64,000 nt of DNA from Felis catus (lineage: Eukaryota), in NCBI RefSeq assembly GCF_018350175.1, contig NC_058369.1, positions 17,796,001-17,860,000 of the forward strand. Reading direction: 5' to 3'. A program made the position numbers and the translations under genes. Positions 49,201 to 61,200 of the stretch are shown piece after piece. Numbering within the stretch: position 1 is the stretch's first letter; each line of letters starts with the position of its first letter. The notes under the pieces are model-generated. The model was not told where the DNA came from, ran no database searches, and saw only the letters and a list, made by a program, of their open reading frames with translations.

Positions 49201-52200
49201 AGACAGCCATCAATACTCCCCACCTTGACCTCCAGGTCCCTTATGTACACACTGACCAGATCAAGCACTGGAAACTCCCATCCCTCCAAGCCCAGAACAC
49301 TGGCATTACTCACCGGCTCCCCACGGTCACCCTTGGGTCCAGATGGTCCAGGGCTGCCCTGTAGAAAGTCAGGGGGTCACTCAAGATAGGCAGCAATTTC
49401 AGGAAGCTTTGGAAGCAAACTAAAGACTCATGGGGATCCTGGTGGCCTTTGGGGGTTGTGACGAAGGGGTCACAGGGGATTGTGAGCATTTATCATTGCA
49501 GGGTTGGGATGGCAGGAGGGGGGGCTGGGAACTGGATGGCTGAAGTTGGGGTTAGGGGTCAGGGTTAGGACTCACGTTTCGTCCATCCTCTCCTGGATCT
49601 CCTTGGTCTCCCTTCTCACCCACAGGTCCCCGAGCTCCAGGTGCCCCCTGAGAAGAGCAGCTGGTCTGAGACAGGCCCTCGTGGCATTCTGCAGGTTTCC
49701 CATGACCCCCCATACTGTTCAGGTTCCCCATCACCCCCAAAACCATGCCTGAATTTCCCATCACAATATGCACCCCCTTACTTCTCCCTGCCAGCCTCAC
49801 CCGAAGGCCACGTTCGCCAGCTTTTCCAGGCAAACCTGGGTCACCCTGGTGATGGAGAGAAAGCCACACTGAGCAGGTGGCTTGGGCTCAAACTGACTCA
49901 AGGAGCAGGGGCAGAGAACGGTCTGGGCACCAGATAGACAGTAGGCAAGGGAATGGATTCGATGACCTGGGGGAGCCCCCAGTCCAGTGGGATCACAATG
50001 CAAGGGTACCGGGTCAGAAATCAGAGTGGGAAGGAGTCTTACCGGGGGACCTTCGTCACCTTTCTCTCCAACTTCACCCTGAGAGACATGAGAATCAGTC
50101 CTGGTCCCAAGATCCCCCGCGATGACAGCAACATTCTACTCTCCTACCCCCCAAGACTCCCCCAGCTCCAGCTTTCTTACATCTCGTCCTCGGGGGCCGA
50201 CGAGTCCTGGGGGACCAGGCCGCCCAGGGTCTCCCTTCTCTCCAGGAGGTCCTGAGTCACCCTGTGGAGGAGGCAAAAGTGGGGTGATGCAGGATGCACA
50301 TAGCAGCCAGTCCCTGAGGGGTGGTAACCCCAGAAACCTTGAGGTTACCCAAGGTCATAGGTACTCACCGGGGGTCCTGCTCTGCCTGTCAGGCCAATGG
50401 GACCCTGCAGGGTGTAGGGGGGAGTACAGGACTTAGTTGGGGCTCCCAGGTACTACCTCATCTCCTGCCACACTCCCCAGCCCCACATTTATTCACCCGG
50501 TCTCCAGGGTCTCCTTTGGGGCCAGGGTCTCCTTGAAGAACCAAGCCAGGCGGGCCCTGTGGCGAAAGGATCAGAAGTCAGGGAGCACAACCCTCACCTG
50601 CCCTACCCCCTTAGACACTGTCCCTTCACTCACCCGCTCCCCTTTGACTCCTGTAGCTCCTCTAGGCCCCGTGGGCCCCACATCTCCCTGGAAGTAACAA
50701 AGACCATCAACCATCAGCATCAGCCCCAGGTTCCATGACCCCACAATCCAGCAATCATGCCACAACCCTATGACTTCCAGGGGCCTCCAGGAAAGCCTAA
50801 AGGCAGACCCCATGACCTTGACCTCAATTCTGGATCAGCCTCCATTTCACTCTCGCCAGAATTACCTTCTCTCCTTTGGCCCCAGCACCATCAGGTCCCT
50901 GAAAACAAACAGGACAGACACACTTGGCCCTGCCTGGGGATCACAGTACTATGTGATTGACTGGGGATGAGGTAATATGGAACTAGAAGTCATAGAGCTC
51001 AGTCTCTGTCCAGAGGTCACAGAGTCACCGCTGGGAGCAGGGCAGGGGTTACACAGAGTTCATGACCTGTATGATGGTCACAGGGTCACAGGCTACAGCC
51101 AAGAGTCGGGAGATGCATTGTGGCATCAGGAGAGTCACAGAACTCTTAGCCTTCCCATGGTCCCAAGGTTATGGGGTTTCAGCCTAGAATACTGGTCTAC
51201 AGGCAGGCCAGTGCTCAGGGAGCCACGCTGTGCTCAGAGCCCCATCCTCCCTTTGCTCACCACTGCAGGGTCCCCAGGGCGACCAGGCTCCCCCTGTGGA
51301 AAAAGGATGGGGGCAGGGATGAGTCAGAGACCCATCTAGGAACTCCAGGTCCTGGTGTCCCACCTGCCACAATCCCAAGTGCAGGGGGTGGGAGGGACTG
51401 ACCCCCAGGCAATGACTCACCTTCTCTCCTCTGCGGCCGGTGGGTCCTGGCGGCCCCTGCATGTGGAAAAGGTGTGAAGCCAGAGCAGGAGGAACACTTG
51501 AAAACCCCTCTCCCCGTCCTACCACAGTCACAGACTCACTTCGGGCCCCTCAGCTCCCGGACGTCCAGCCACTCCAGGCAGCCCCTGGGAAAGAAGAGCA
51601 GAAATGCTGATCCAGGGGGATGGGCAGGGAGATAGTAGCAAGCAAGGGCTAGAAATTGTGGGGATGCTGAAGAGAGGGCACAGAAGGTCAGGATTTAGGC
51701 AGCAGGGGTCAAACTGAGGGGTGACAGAGTCCAGGTCAGTGGAAGTCAAGGTCAGTTCAGCAGGGTCAGGAAGTAAAAAGCAGGTCCTGGGGGTTAAGGG
51801 TTGGAGCCTGCATCAGCAAGAGTCATGTGAGGAGAGGTGGAGGGCCAGGGGCAGGGGGCATCAAGGTTGAGAAGTCAGAACCAGGAAGGGGCACAGAGCG
51901 CAGGTCAGCTGGACACAGGCATCAGGTCAGAGGGCTCACCTGCGGTCCCACTGGGCCGGGGGGTCCACGTTCACCCTGAGGGAACAGAATGGGTCAGAGC
52001 TGAGTCTGGCCACAGACCCTCTGGGGCCCTGAGAAACCCCTAGGCTGCACTTACCTTCTCACCAATCTCACCCACAGCCCCTTTCAGTCCTCGGTCACCC
52101 TAAGGGGAGAGAGATAGGAGAGGCGTCTTGACTGTCAAACCCTAGAGAAGGCGTCTCAAACTCTAGCTATCCTGCCTCCGAAACTACAACCTCTGACCTG

Positions 52201-55200
52201 CTGAGAGCCCTCATCTCCTGATCCTCCCCCAGCCCCCAGCCCTAGAATTGTCCCAGTGGTCACACCCCACACCTGACCTCCCAAAATAGCACTTACTTTG
52301 GGGCCAATGTCCCCAGGAGGTCCTCGTGGGCCCTAGAAGGGGTTTGGAGACTTGAGTTTGGGCATAAGCATAGGATAGAGGGTGGGAAGCTGAGGGAGCT
52401 GTGCCCACCCCTCAGAACCCTTGCCCCTACACTCACCCGCTCACCCGGGCTCCCAGGTTGTCCTGGGAGGCCTGGGGCTCCATCCTCACAGTCACCCTGA
52501 AGGAGAAACAGATGAGTTTAGAAGACCCTACCTCCCTCAGCCTCCGCCCTAGAATGGGCACACCAAGAGGTCAGGCCTCCCACCTTTTCTCCTTTCTCTC
52601 CAGAGGGGCCAACTGGGCCTTGGGGTCCAGGGCCTCCAGGAAGACCCTAGGAGAAAGTGGGTAAAAACGTGAGCCCCAAACTATGAGGCCCAGCACCCAC
52701 CCACTGCCCCCAGAAGAGCCTCAGCCTCAGTATCCACACCCCTGAGATGGCCCCCAAGTTCCCCAGCAGAGCCTCAAGGCTCCCTCACCGGCAGCCCAGG
52801 CTCCCCTGGAACAGTGCCACCATCACCTGGTCCTGGGGGACCCTGAGAGAGAACAGTAGGTCAGGAGCCAGCCAATGGGAATCAGACTCCAAGCCACCCC
52901 CAGGACACCTTGCCCCTCACTTACCCGCTCTCCACGATCGCCTTTGTCACCCTGGAAGACAGATCATGACTCCATGACCCTGGACCACACCTCCACTCCC
53001 AAATATACCAGGAGAAATGAAGGTCATGGGGACAAATTGGATTACAAAGGTCACGGAGGAACTGAGGAGTCATGGGGGGGCTAAGAGGTCATATGGGGTC
53101 AGAGCAACCAGTAGGGGTTATATGGGTTCAAATGGGGTCACCAGGTCACTGGATCACATTGAGGTCATGAGACCATAAAGGGATCATGTTGTCACCTTCA
53201 CAGTCGTTCCAGGAAGTCCTGGGGGACCACGGGGTCCTGGGTCCCCCAGTGGGCCACGGGATCCAGGGAGGCCCTAATGGAGGAGACAAAGTATAAAGTA
53301 CAACCCCACTGACCCTTACTCCTACCCTGCCTCCTGCTGGTTCCCCACCACACACTTCTTGCCCCCACACATCCTAGAACTTACTGGAGGTCCAGGGTCC
53401 CCTTTCTGCCCAGGAAGCCCTGGGCCTTCGCCTCCAATGACTCGCCCGGGATCTCCCTGCAGGACAGAAAGCAAAGGGCAGGATTCAGGGCATGGGAGCC
53501 TTGAGGCGGGAGAAGTTCCCAGAGGTACCCAGGTATTCCTTATCATGCCACAGGCCCCGCATAGCATCCAGCCTGTTCCTCCCTGGGACATCCTGGCTCC
53601 CTCCCTTCCCCCTTCACCTACCGGCTCCCCCTTTGGGCCTCGAGGTCCTCGCTCTCCCTGAGGACAAAATAGAGCAAAGGGTGATGCTTGGGCTCAAGCG
53701 CATCCACACTGCCCATCCCCAACGGGTCCCCACCCTCCAGAAAGAACTTTGGGAAGACACTGGGTGAGCAAAGAAGGGAAAGCAACTCACTGGATCTCCA
53801 CGAGGGCCAGGCCACCCTGGGGAGCCCTGTAAATGGAAGAAGTCAGGGCAGTCAGACCACCTACTCACCCACTCAAGCAAAGAGTCCTACCAAGTGGCCT
53901 GCAAGGGTAAGGCTTGCTTACCTTGGAGCCAGGGGTTCCAGGAGTCCCAGGGCGGCCAGGGCTGCCTGGAGGCCCATCTGCCCCAGGAAAGCCCTAAGGA
54001 GTCAAAGAGGTCAGGGCAGGAAGGGACCCTCCCTCCGTGCCCTTGGTTTGCCGGAGGAGCTGAGACTATTCTTTATCTAGATTCCCACCCCACAGGCCCC
54101 TGAGTGTTGCTGGGGTGGAGCAGTGGGGCAGAGAAGCAGCCCTTCTGAGCTAAATGGGGACTCATCCCAGGTACCAGGGCAATGATGAGGTGGAGGGGCC
54201 TTCCCTGCCTCTGGGATTTAGAACTTACACCCAGGCTCTCGGGGGGAGTCTCAAAACCCCACTGGCTGCTCTACTGTAGGCCCTGCCCCAGAGTCTCTGG
54301 TGTGGTTTAAATATCCACTTAGACTTCTAACACCCTTGCGGTTCTAGCCCTGCTCTCTACTTCTGTCTTCTAAAAACCCTGAGAACACTTGGAGGAGTGT
54401 CTTCGGGGAACCCCAATGATTTCCACTCACCCTCTCACCCTTTGCAACGGTACTTCCAGGAGGCCCTGGGGGTCCAGGAGCACCAGCCCTGCCCTGAGAG
54501 GAGAGAGCAGGTAAGGAAGCAGTACTCTGGTCAGGGGGCAGAGGACAGGCGTGGGGAGGCACTCACCGGGAGGCCGGGGGGGCCAGGAGGCCCGGCTTGT
54601 CCTTTCAGGCCCTAGGAAGGGTGATCAGTGAGCCCTGTGCCACCAACCTCCCCCAGCCACACTGACCCCCAACCATTCTCTGCCCCCAAATAGGGTCACT
54701 CACCATCTCTCCACGTTCCCCTTTCTGACCCTGGGGAAAGATACATTACATGAGGGTCAGAGTGGCTAGCCCCGGGTGTGGCCCTCGCCCACCCTCTCAA
54801 CCCTGGACACTTACCTTTGGACAATGCAATGTGCAAGGCTCTGGCTGTGGCTGTGGACATAAGGTCTTCTTGAGGCTAGGCAATTGTCCCAAGAGTCTCC
54901 AGCGCCCTCTCCCCCACCAGTCACCCCTCCCCCAGAGGCCCCTTGCAAACCTGAGTGGCCAAGGCTGTCTGACACAGGGATGTTGCCAAACCACTGACTG
55001 CCCGGTCCAAGCTTGGACCGTCATCCACAGCAAAGAAAGTCTGGACAGGGTCCATGCCTGGCACCAAGCGACGCAACTGTTCCGGGTCAGCTCCAGCCTG
55101 GCCCAGTATCATCACTCTGAGCCCTAAGGAGGGGTCCAGCAGCCTGCATGACAACCCTGCTGGAGCCAGCCCGACTCCCAGGCCCCATCCCCACCGGCCC

Positions 55201-58200
55201 TCCTCCTCACCAGCAGCCTGGGCCTCACGGATAGGGTTGAAGATGTCACCTCTCAAGGGCTCATCTACTAGCAAAACCATTACCCCTGGTACATGCTGGC
55301 GGCGCCCGGGAGCATCTGGTGCTAATAGGTGTCTGTGAGCAGTAACCACAGCTGTGCCTGGGAGAAAGAACATGTCAGAACCCAGGGCACCCAGCTCCCA
55401 ACAGGTAGGCCCCAAGAGTCCATGTACAATGCAGTCCTTACCCAGGTTGTTCCCACTTGGGTCCATGTAAGGGATGCTGCGGATCTTCTGCAGGATGATG
55501 TTAGGATCATAGGAGCTATTCAGTGGGAACAGTGGGGAGGGCCGATGACTGTAGGACAGGAGGCCAACCTGGGGTGGGGGAACACAGAGCCTGGGGAAGA
55601 TGGCAAAGCAAGGATGGCAGAGCCTATCGGGGCGGGGAGGGGGGGCGGGATATAGAGCTCAGGGAATGGGACTAAACCTGAACACTAGGGGGTCAGCAGT
55701 GATGGCAGTATAGGCAGCCAACCAGCAGATGAGGAGATCTGGAGCCTGGAAAGGGCTGGGAGACAGATTGGACCAGTGGTGGAGGAGGGAAATGGTAGCT
55801 GCTGTGAAGCGTGGGATGGGGAAGGGCTGGGATAGGAAGGGGTCTGTTTGTCTCCGGAGCCAAACCTGGATTGCCTGTGGCCCAAGAGGCCCAAGCGCAG
55901 ACACCAGACGCTCCAGGGCTCGCTTTACGGCCTCTGCACGATGAGCATTGTCCTGAGTGGTGTGCAGCAGGAACACCACATCCATCTGGCCATGGGGACA
56001 CACTGCAGAAAAGGGGCTGAGTTACTGAAGCAGCTGGCCCATCTAGCTACCCCCTTAAGCCCCTCCCACTGTGCCCACCTTACCTGGGTTGTGTGTGACA
56101 GAGGCCTCAGGACCCCGTATACCCTCCCGGATCGGTGTCAACGAGAAGGTATAGGAGATGCCAGGTTCTAGCCCTGTCACCTGCTGGGAGTTCGAGATCC
56201 CTGGAAGTGTCTGTGAGGCCCCAGGGATGTCTGCAAAAGATAAAACCCGTTTAAACAGGAGGTCTTCCACAGAGCCCCAACTGCCAGCCCACCCCAATCC
56301 TGGCCTCCCCTTCACCTTGGCCAGGGCGTCTGAGCGGCTGCCAGGACAGAATATAGCTGGATACTCCAGACACTGGGGTCCAGGCCAGAGTCACTGAGTC
56401 AATTGAAGTGTCCACCACACGCAGTTCAGTGCTTGGCACCCGGGGTGACTCTGAAGAAGGAATCAAAAACCAGGGATCAGAGTCTATGTCCTGAGAACCC
56501 AGAAGAGAGAGATCATCTGAAGAGGTTCTGGGGCAGGATCATCTTAGCAAAGGAAGTGTCAAGGGAGATCATGCTGGGGTCACCCCAGGTACAGGAGTGG
56601 TAAGGGGCTACAGGAGGAGTCACTCAGGGCCATGGGGTGCAGGAAACCAGTGCGGGTTATCAGTGGGGGAAACATCACACCAGGGAAGAGTGGACTCTGG
56701 GCTCACCAGTGCGTGCAATCACTTCTGTGGGGGGCCCTTCTCCAGCTGACCCCAAAACGCTCAGCCACACTCGGTATGGGGTTGCTGATTCCAGCCCATC
56801 CAGTTCATAGCTGCTGATACCGGGCCCCAAGACCCGGGACTGTTCCTGGCCACCTGGGGCAGGCATGGAAGTGGGGACCCAAGGCATGTGGGAAGATGCT
56901 ACAGACGGGCATTAATGATCTCGCCCACCTCACTGACTGACCCTGCTAACCAGATCCACCCTCCTAACCGATCTTCCTCATTCTCGCTCACCCTGTTCTC
57001 TTTACTGACCCCGCATGACTGATCCCAGCGCACAGCACATCCCCCCACTGACACTGACAGACGTGGCGCACTCACTGACCTACCTCTCCTACCCCGCCAC
57101 CAGCCCCGCCCCCATCGGTCCCTGACCCCCTACCGAGGGAAACCTCTCACCCTCGGGTCGCCAACGCAGACGGAAGCCGTGTGCCCCCGGCACCGGCTGC
57201 CAGCGCAGACTCAGCGAGTGCTCGCCTCGCTGCACTACGCGAAGTGTCTCCAGGGCTGGCGGAGCCTCAGGCGCTACAGGGAAAGCAAGGGACTCAGGGA
57301 GGCTCCGCCCCCCAACTGGCTCCTAAGCCAATCCCAACCGACCCCTTTGCCCATCCCAGGCTTCATCCTTCCTTCCCCCTTTAACCCGCAGAGCACAAAC
57401 CCCGCCCCCAAACCGTGGAGGCCAATCCCAGACTCGCCCCAGCCCAAGCTCCGCCTACGCGTGGTGACGACAATGGAGACCGGTGCTCCCTCACGGTCCC
57501 CCACAAGAGCAGTCACTCGCACCGAGTAGCTGACTCCGCCTTCGAGGCCCCGTATTACGGCGGAGTCCGTGTTTCCTGGGAGCATCTGCTGTCTTGTGGG
57601 GCCACCTGGCCAGGCAAGCATGGGGCAACGGTCGGGGTGGGGGTGGTTTACCAGAGAGGGCAGTCCCAGCCAGGAAGGACAAAGGCAGGGTCAGGGAACC
57701 ATACCCTCGCTCCGGCCCCAGGCCAGTCTGTAGGCTGTGGCTCCAGTGACCCCGACCCAGGTGACCCGCAGAACATCACTGGAGGCATTGAGGATCTGCA
57801 GCTTCGACACACTGCCCACGGGCGCAGGGTCTGAGGGCAAAGGCAGGGGAAGGGGTCAGGGGCCACTGGATGGCTGGCAGAGAACAGGGTGGGAGTGCAA
57901 ACATGGTCAACGCAGGAAGGTCTGAAGGTCAGTGTGAGGTTAGTATGGACCGGTCAGTGTAGGCAACCTCTGAGAGGGATGAGGCCAGTGCCCCAGAGTG
58001 GGCAGTGTGGGGCAGCCAGGAGGTCGCTGAGGGTGGACTAAGTGTCAATGTGGAGAACTCACTGAGCAGTGATGGAGTGGTCAACGGGGGCGGGGTAGCC
58101 AGTGAGATGTGATTTCGAGCTGGCCAGGGCCCACTCACCTGTCCTCACAACCACAGAGGCGGGTGTCCCATCCACACCGGCCACATGAGGCCACACATGC

Positions 58201-61200
58201 ACCGTGTACTCCGTATCTGGCTCCAGCCCATCCAGCTCAGCCACTGTGGCCTCTCCAGAAACCAACTGGGATTTCTCTGGGCCTGGGAGTGAGGATGGAC
58301 GCAGCTCCAGGGCTAGCTAGACTCTGCCCCCCAGTGCCCCACCTGGACCTTTAATAAAACCCCCCAGCCCCTATTCCACCCATACCTGCCCCCCATGACC
58401 CTCTAAAACTTCTGGTCCCCTCCAAAACCCCTGGTCCCCACCATGGCCTGAGTGCCAGGAGACCCTGTATCCCGTGGCACCAGGAACCCTGTTCCAGGAG
58501 ATGGTGACAGATGAGCTGCTGGTCTGCGTCACATGAACGGTCCTCACTGGGCCTAGTGGGTCTGTGGGGAGAGGCAATGGGAAGTCCAATGGAGGAGGCA
58601 GTGGAGGGTCTGATGGAGGAGGTTTTGGGGAACTATCTAATAGAAGGCTGTGAGAGTCTAAAAGGAGGCAGGGATCCGATGGAGGGGGTAGTTAATGGGC
58701 CAGATGGGGGAAGAACTGGGGATCTGACAGAGGAGATAGTGGGAATCTGAGGTGGCAGGTGATAGGAATCAAAGAGAAGAGGGTCTGACAGAGAAGATAA
58801 TAGGGTTCTGATGGAGGTCTGAGGAGGCAGGGAGGGGGTCTGACAAAGGGAAAAGTTTAAGCCTAAGAGGAGAGCAAGGTGGAGCAGAAAAAGCACTGGG
58901 AGCCTGAGCGATGAGGTGGTGAAAATCTGAGGGCAAAGAGAGTGGGATCTTTGAGGAGAGGCAGAGGAATCTGAAGAAGATGGGGGCTTAAGAGGAGGCA
59001 AGGGAGGCCGAAGGAGAAAGCAGGACTCTGAGGGAGAAGGCAGTGGGAATCTGAAGAGGGAGGCTGTTCTGGAGCGAAACAAGGATCTGCGAAGGGGGGC
59101 AGGGGGGTCTGAAGGGGCACTGGAGATAGCCAGTCAAGGGGCTGGGTCAGGCCCTGACCAGTGCGAGCCACGATGACCACAGGGGGACCCTCCTCTCTCC
59201 CTCGCAGTGCTGACACAGCCACCTGGTAGGAGGTTCCAGGCCGTAGCCCCGTGATATCTGTGGCAGTGGATTCTGGGGGCAATGTCTGGCTGGACTCCGG
59301 ACCTAGGGTCAGAGGGAAGTGTTGGCATGGCTCTTGCCTGCCCCCTCAATCCCCCAAACCCTAGTTGTTCCTCTCCACAGCCCTCCCACACACCCCACAC
59401 TGACCACTGTCTGTCCTCCAGCTAATCCGAAATCCACTGGCTCCAGGAACAGGTCCCCAGGCCACCCTCACCCGTGTTGCATCTGATGCCACAACTCGTA
59501 GCCCTGGGATGGCAAGTGGGGTTTCCGGTTCTGGGGGTTAAAGGCAGAGGTCAGGGGTCAAGACCGGGACCAGAGTGAATCAAGGAGCTGTCCCCCCACA
59601 ACCCTCCTGTGTGCTCACCCCGGCGGACAGTGAGGGTGCTGGCACCGCCCTCACGGCTGCCCACTCGAGCAGACACCCGCACAGTGTAGCTTAGGCCAGC
59701 CCGGACATCATCCAAGTCAAAGGCTGTTTGACTCCCAGGAAGCACGAGGGTCCGCTCAACCCCTAAGAGAGAAGGCAGAGTAGGTGGGCAGGGGTCCGTG
59801 AGACACAGGGATGTGGGATGATGGCGGTCAGTGATGGACAATGACACAGGATAATGCACCAGTGATGAACGGAGATACAGGATGATAGGAGTCAGTGGAC
59901 AGGGACATGGAATGTAGGATGACAGAAATCAGTGAATAGTGGTATGAGTTGACAGGTCATTGATAGACAGTGATGTGGGGTGATGGGGGTCAGTACTGGA
60001 TGGGGACAGGGGATGAGAGGTCAGTGTGGACAGTGGTTCCAGCTAGAGTAACAGAAGGGCAGGGATTGAGTTTGGGATTGTGGAGAAGGGCCAAAGCTGC
60101 AGGCAGGGATGCAGGGCAGGGAGTGGAGACAGATCCGGGTGAGAAGATGGGCTGAGGCAGGGCTGGGAGCAGAAAGACACCGTGACAGGCCTGGGCTCAG
60201 TTCCACCTTGGGGGATAGTCGGACAAGGAGACAGGAGCAGGCTGTAGAAACCCAGAGGGGCAATGTGTTGGGGTGAAGGTGTAGTCAGACCGCAAAAGCT
60301 GGAACTTTAATGTGTGTCCAGGTGTGGCTGTGTCCACCTCACCCTGTGTGCTGCGCACAGTGATGCGGTACTCGGTGGCACCGGGGACTGGGCTCCAGGA
60401 TACTCGCACCCGCTGCCCAGGAAGCTCTGTCGCCTTCAAGTCCATCACAGGGCCCACGGGCAGCTCTGGCCCTGTTGGAGAGCACAGCATTAAAGGCTGC
60501 CCCGGGCCCCTGTACCTTCCCCTCTCACTTGGCAAGGCCCACGGAGCCCTCACCGGTGGGGACCACAGTTGCAGGCGTGGCTACCTCGCGGCCCTCCAGT
60601 AGAGTATAGAGCGTGAGGCGATACTCAGTGCCTGGTTGCAGCCCATCCAGCTGGTAGCGGGTCACATCAGAGGGCAGTACCACCTTCTGTGGCACCCCCA
60701 AGCCTGCAAGACGACAGCATCAGGCTGGCTGAAGCCGAGCCTGACCCTGCCTGCCCGCCCCTCTCCCCTGCACTGACCACTCTCACGCCGCCATTCTAGC
60801 CGGTAGCCGCGGGCCTCAGGCACCAAGTTCCAGGAAAGGAGAATGGATGTGGGCCCCAGGATGACTGGGCGCAGGGTCTGTTCAACGGAAGCGTCTGCCC
60901 AGGGCACAGGGGATGTCAGTGGCCTCTGTGCCCTGCCCGCCTGCCTACCCAGCGCGAAGAAAGCACCCAGCCTTCTCACCAGTACGGGCAGTCAGGGAGG
61001 CGGCAGATCCTACGCTACGGCCGAGCAGGGTGCTCACAGTCACCTCGTAGTCCGTGCCAGGCTCCAGGTCACGCAGCAACACTGACCCCTGCCCAGGGCC
61101 CAGCTCCTGCTGCTGTGTGACACCACCTGCATGGGTGGGGGGGGGGGGCAGGCACCAAGGGATCAGCGCGCCTTGCAGACTTAGGACCCTACAACCCTGT

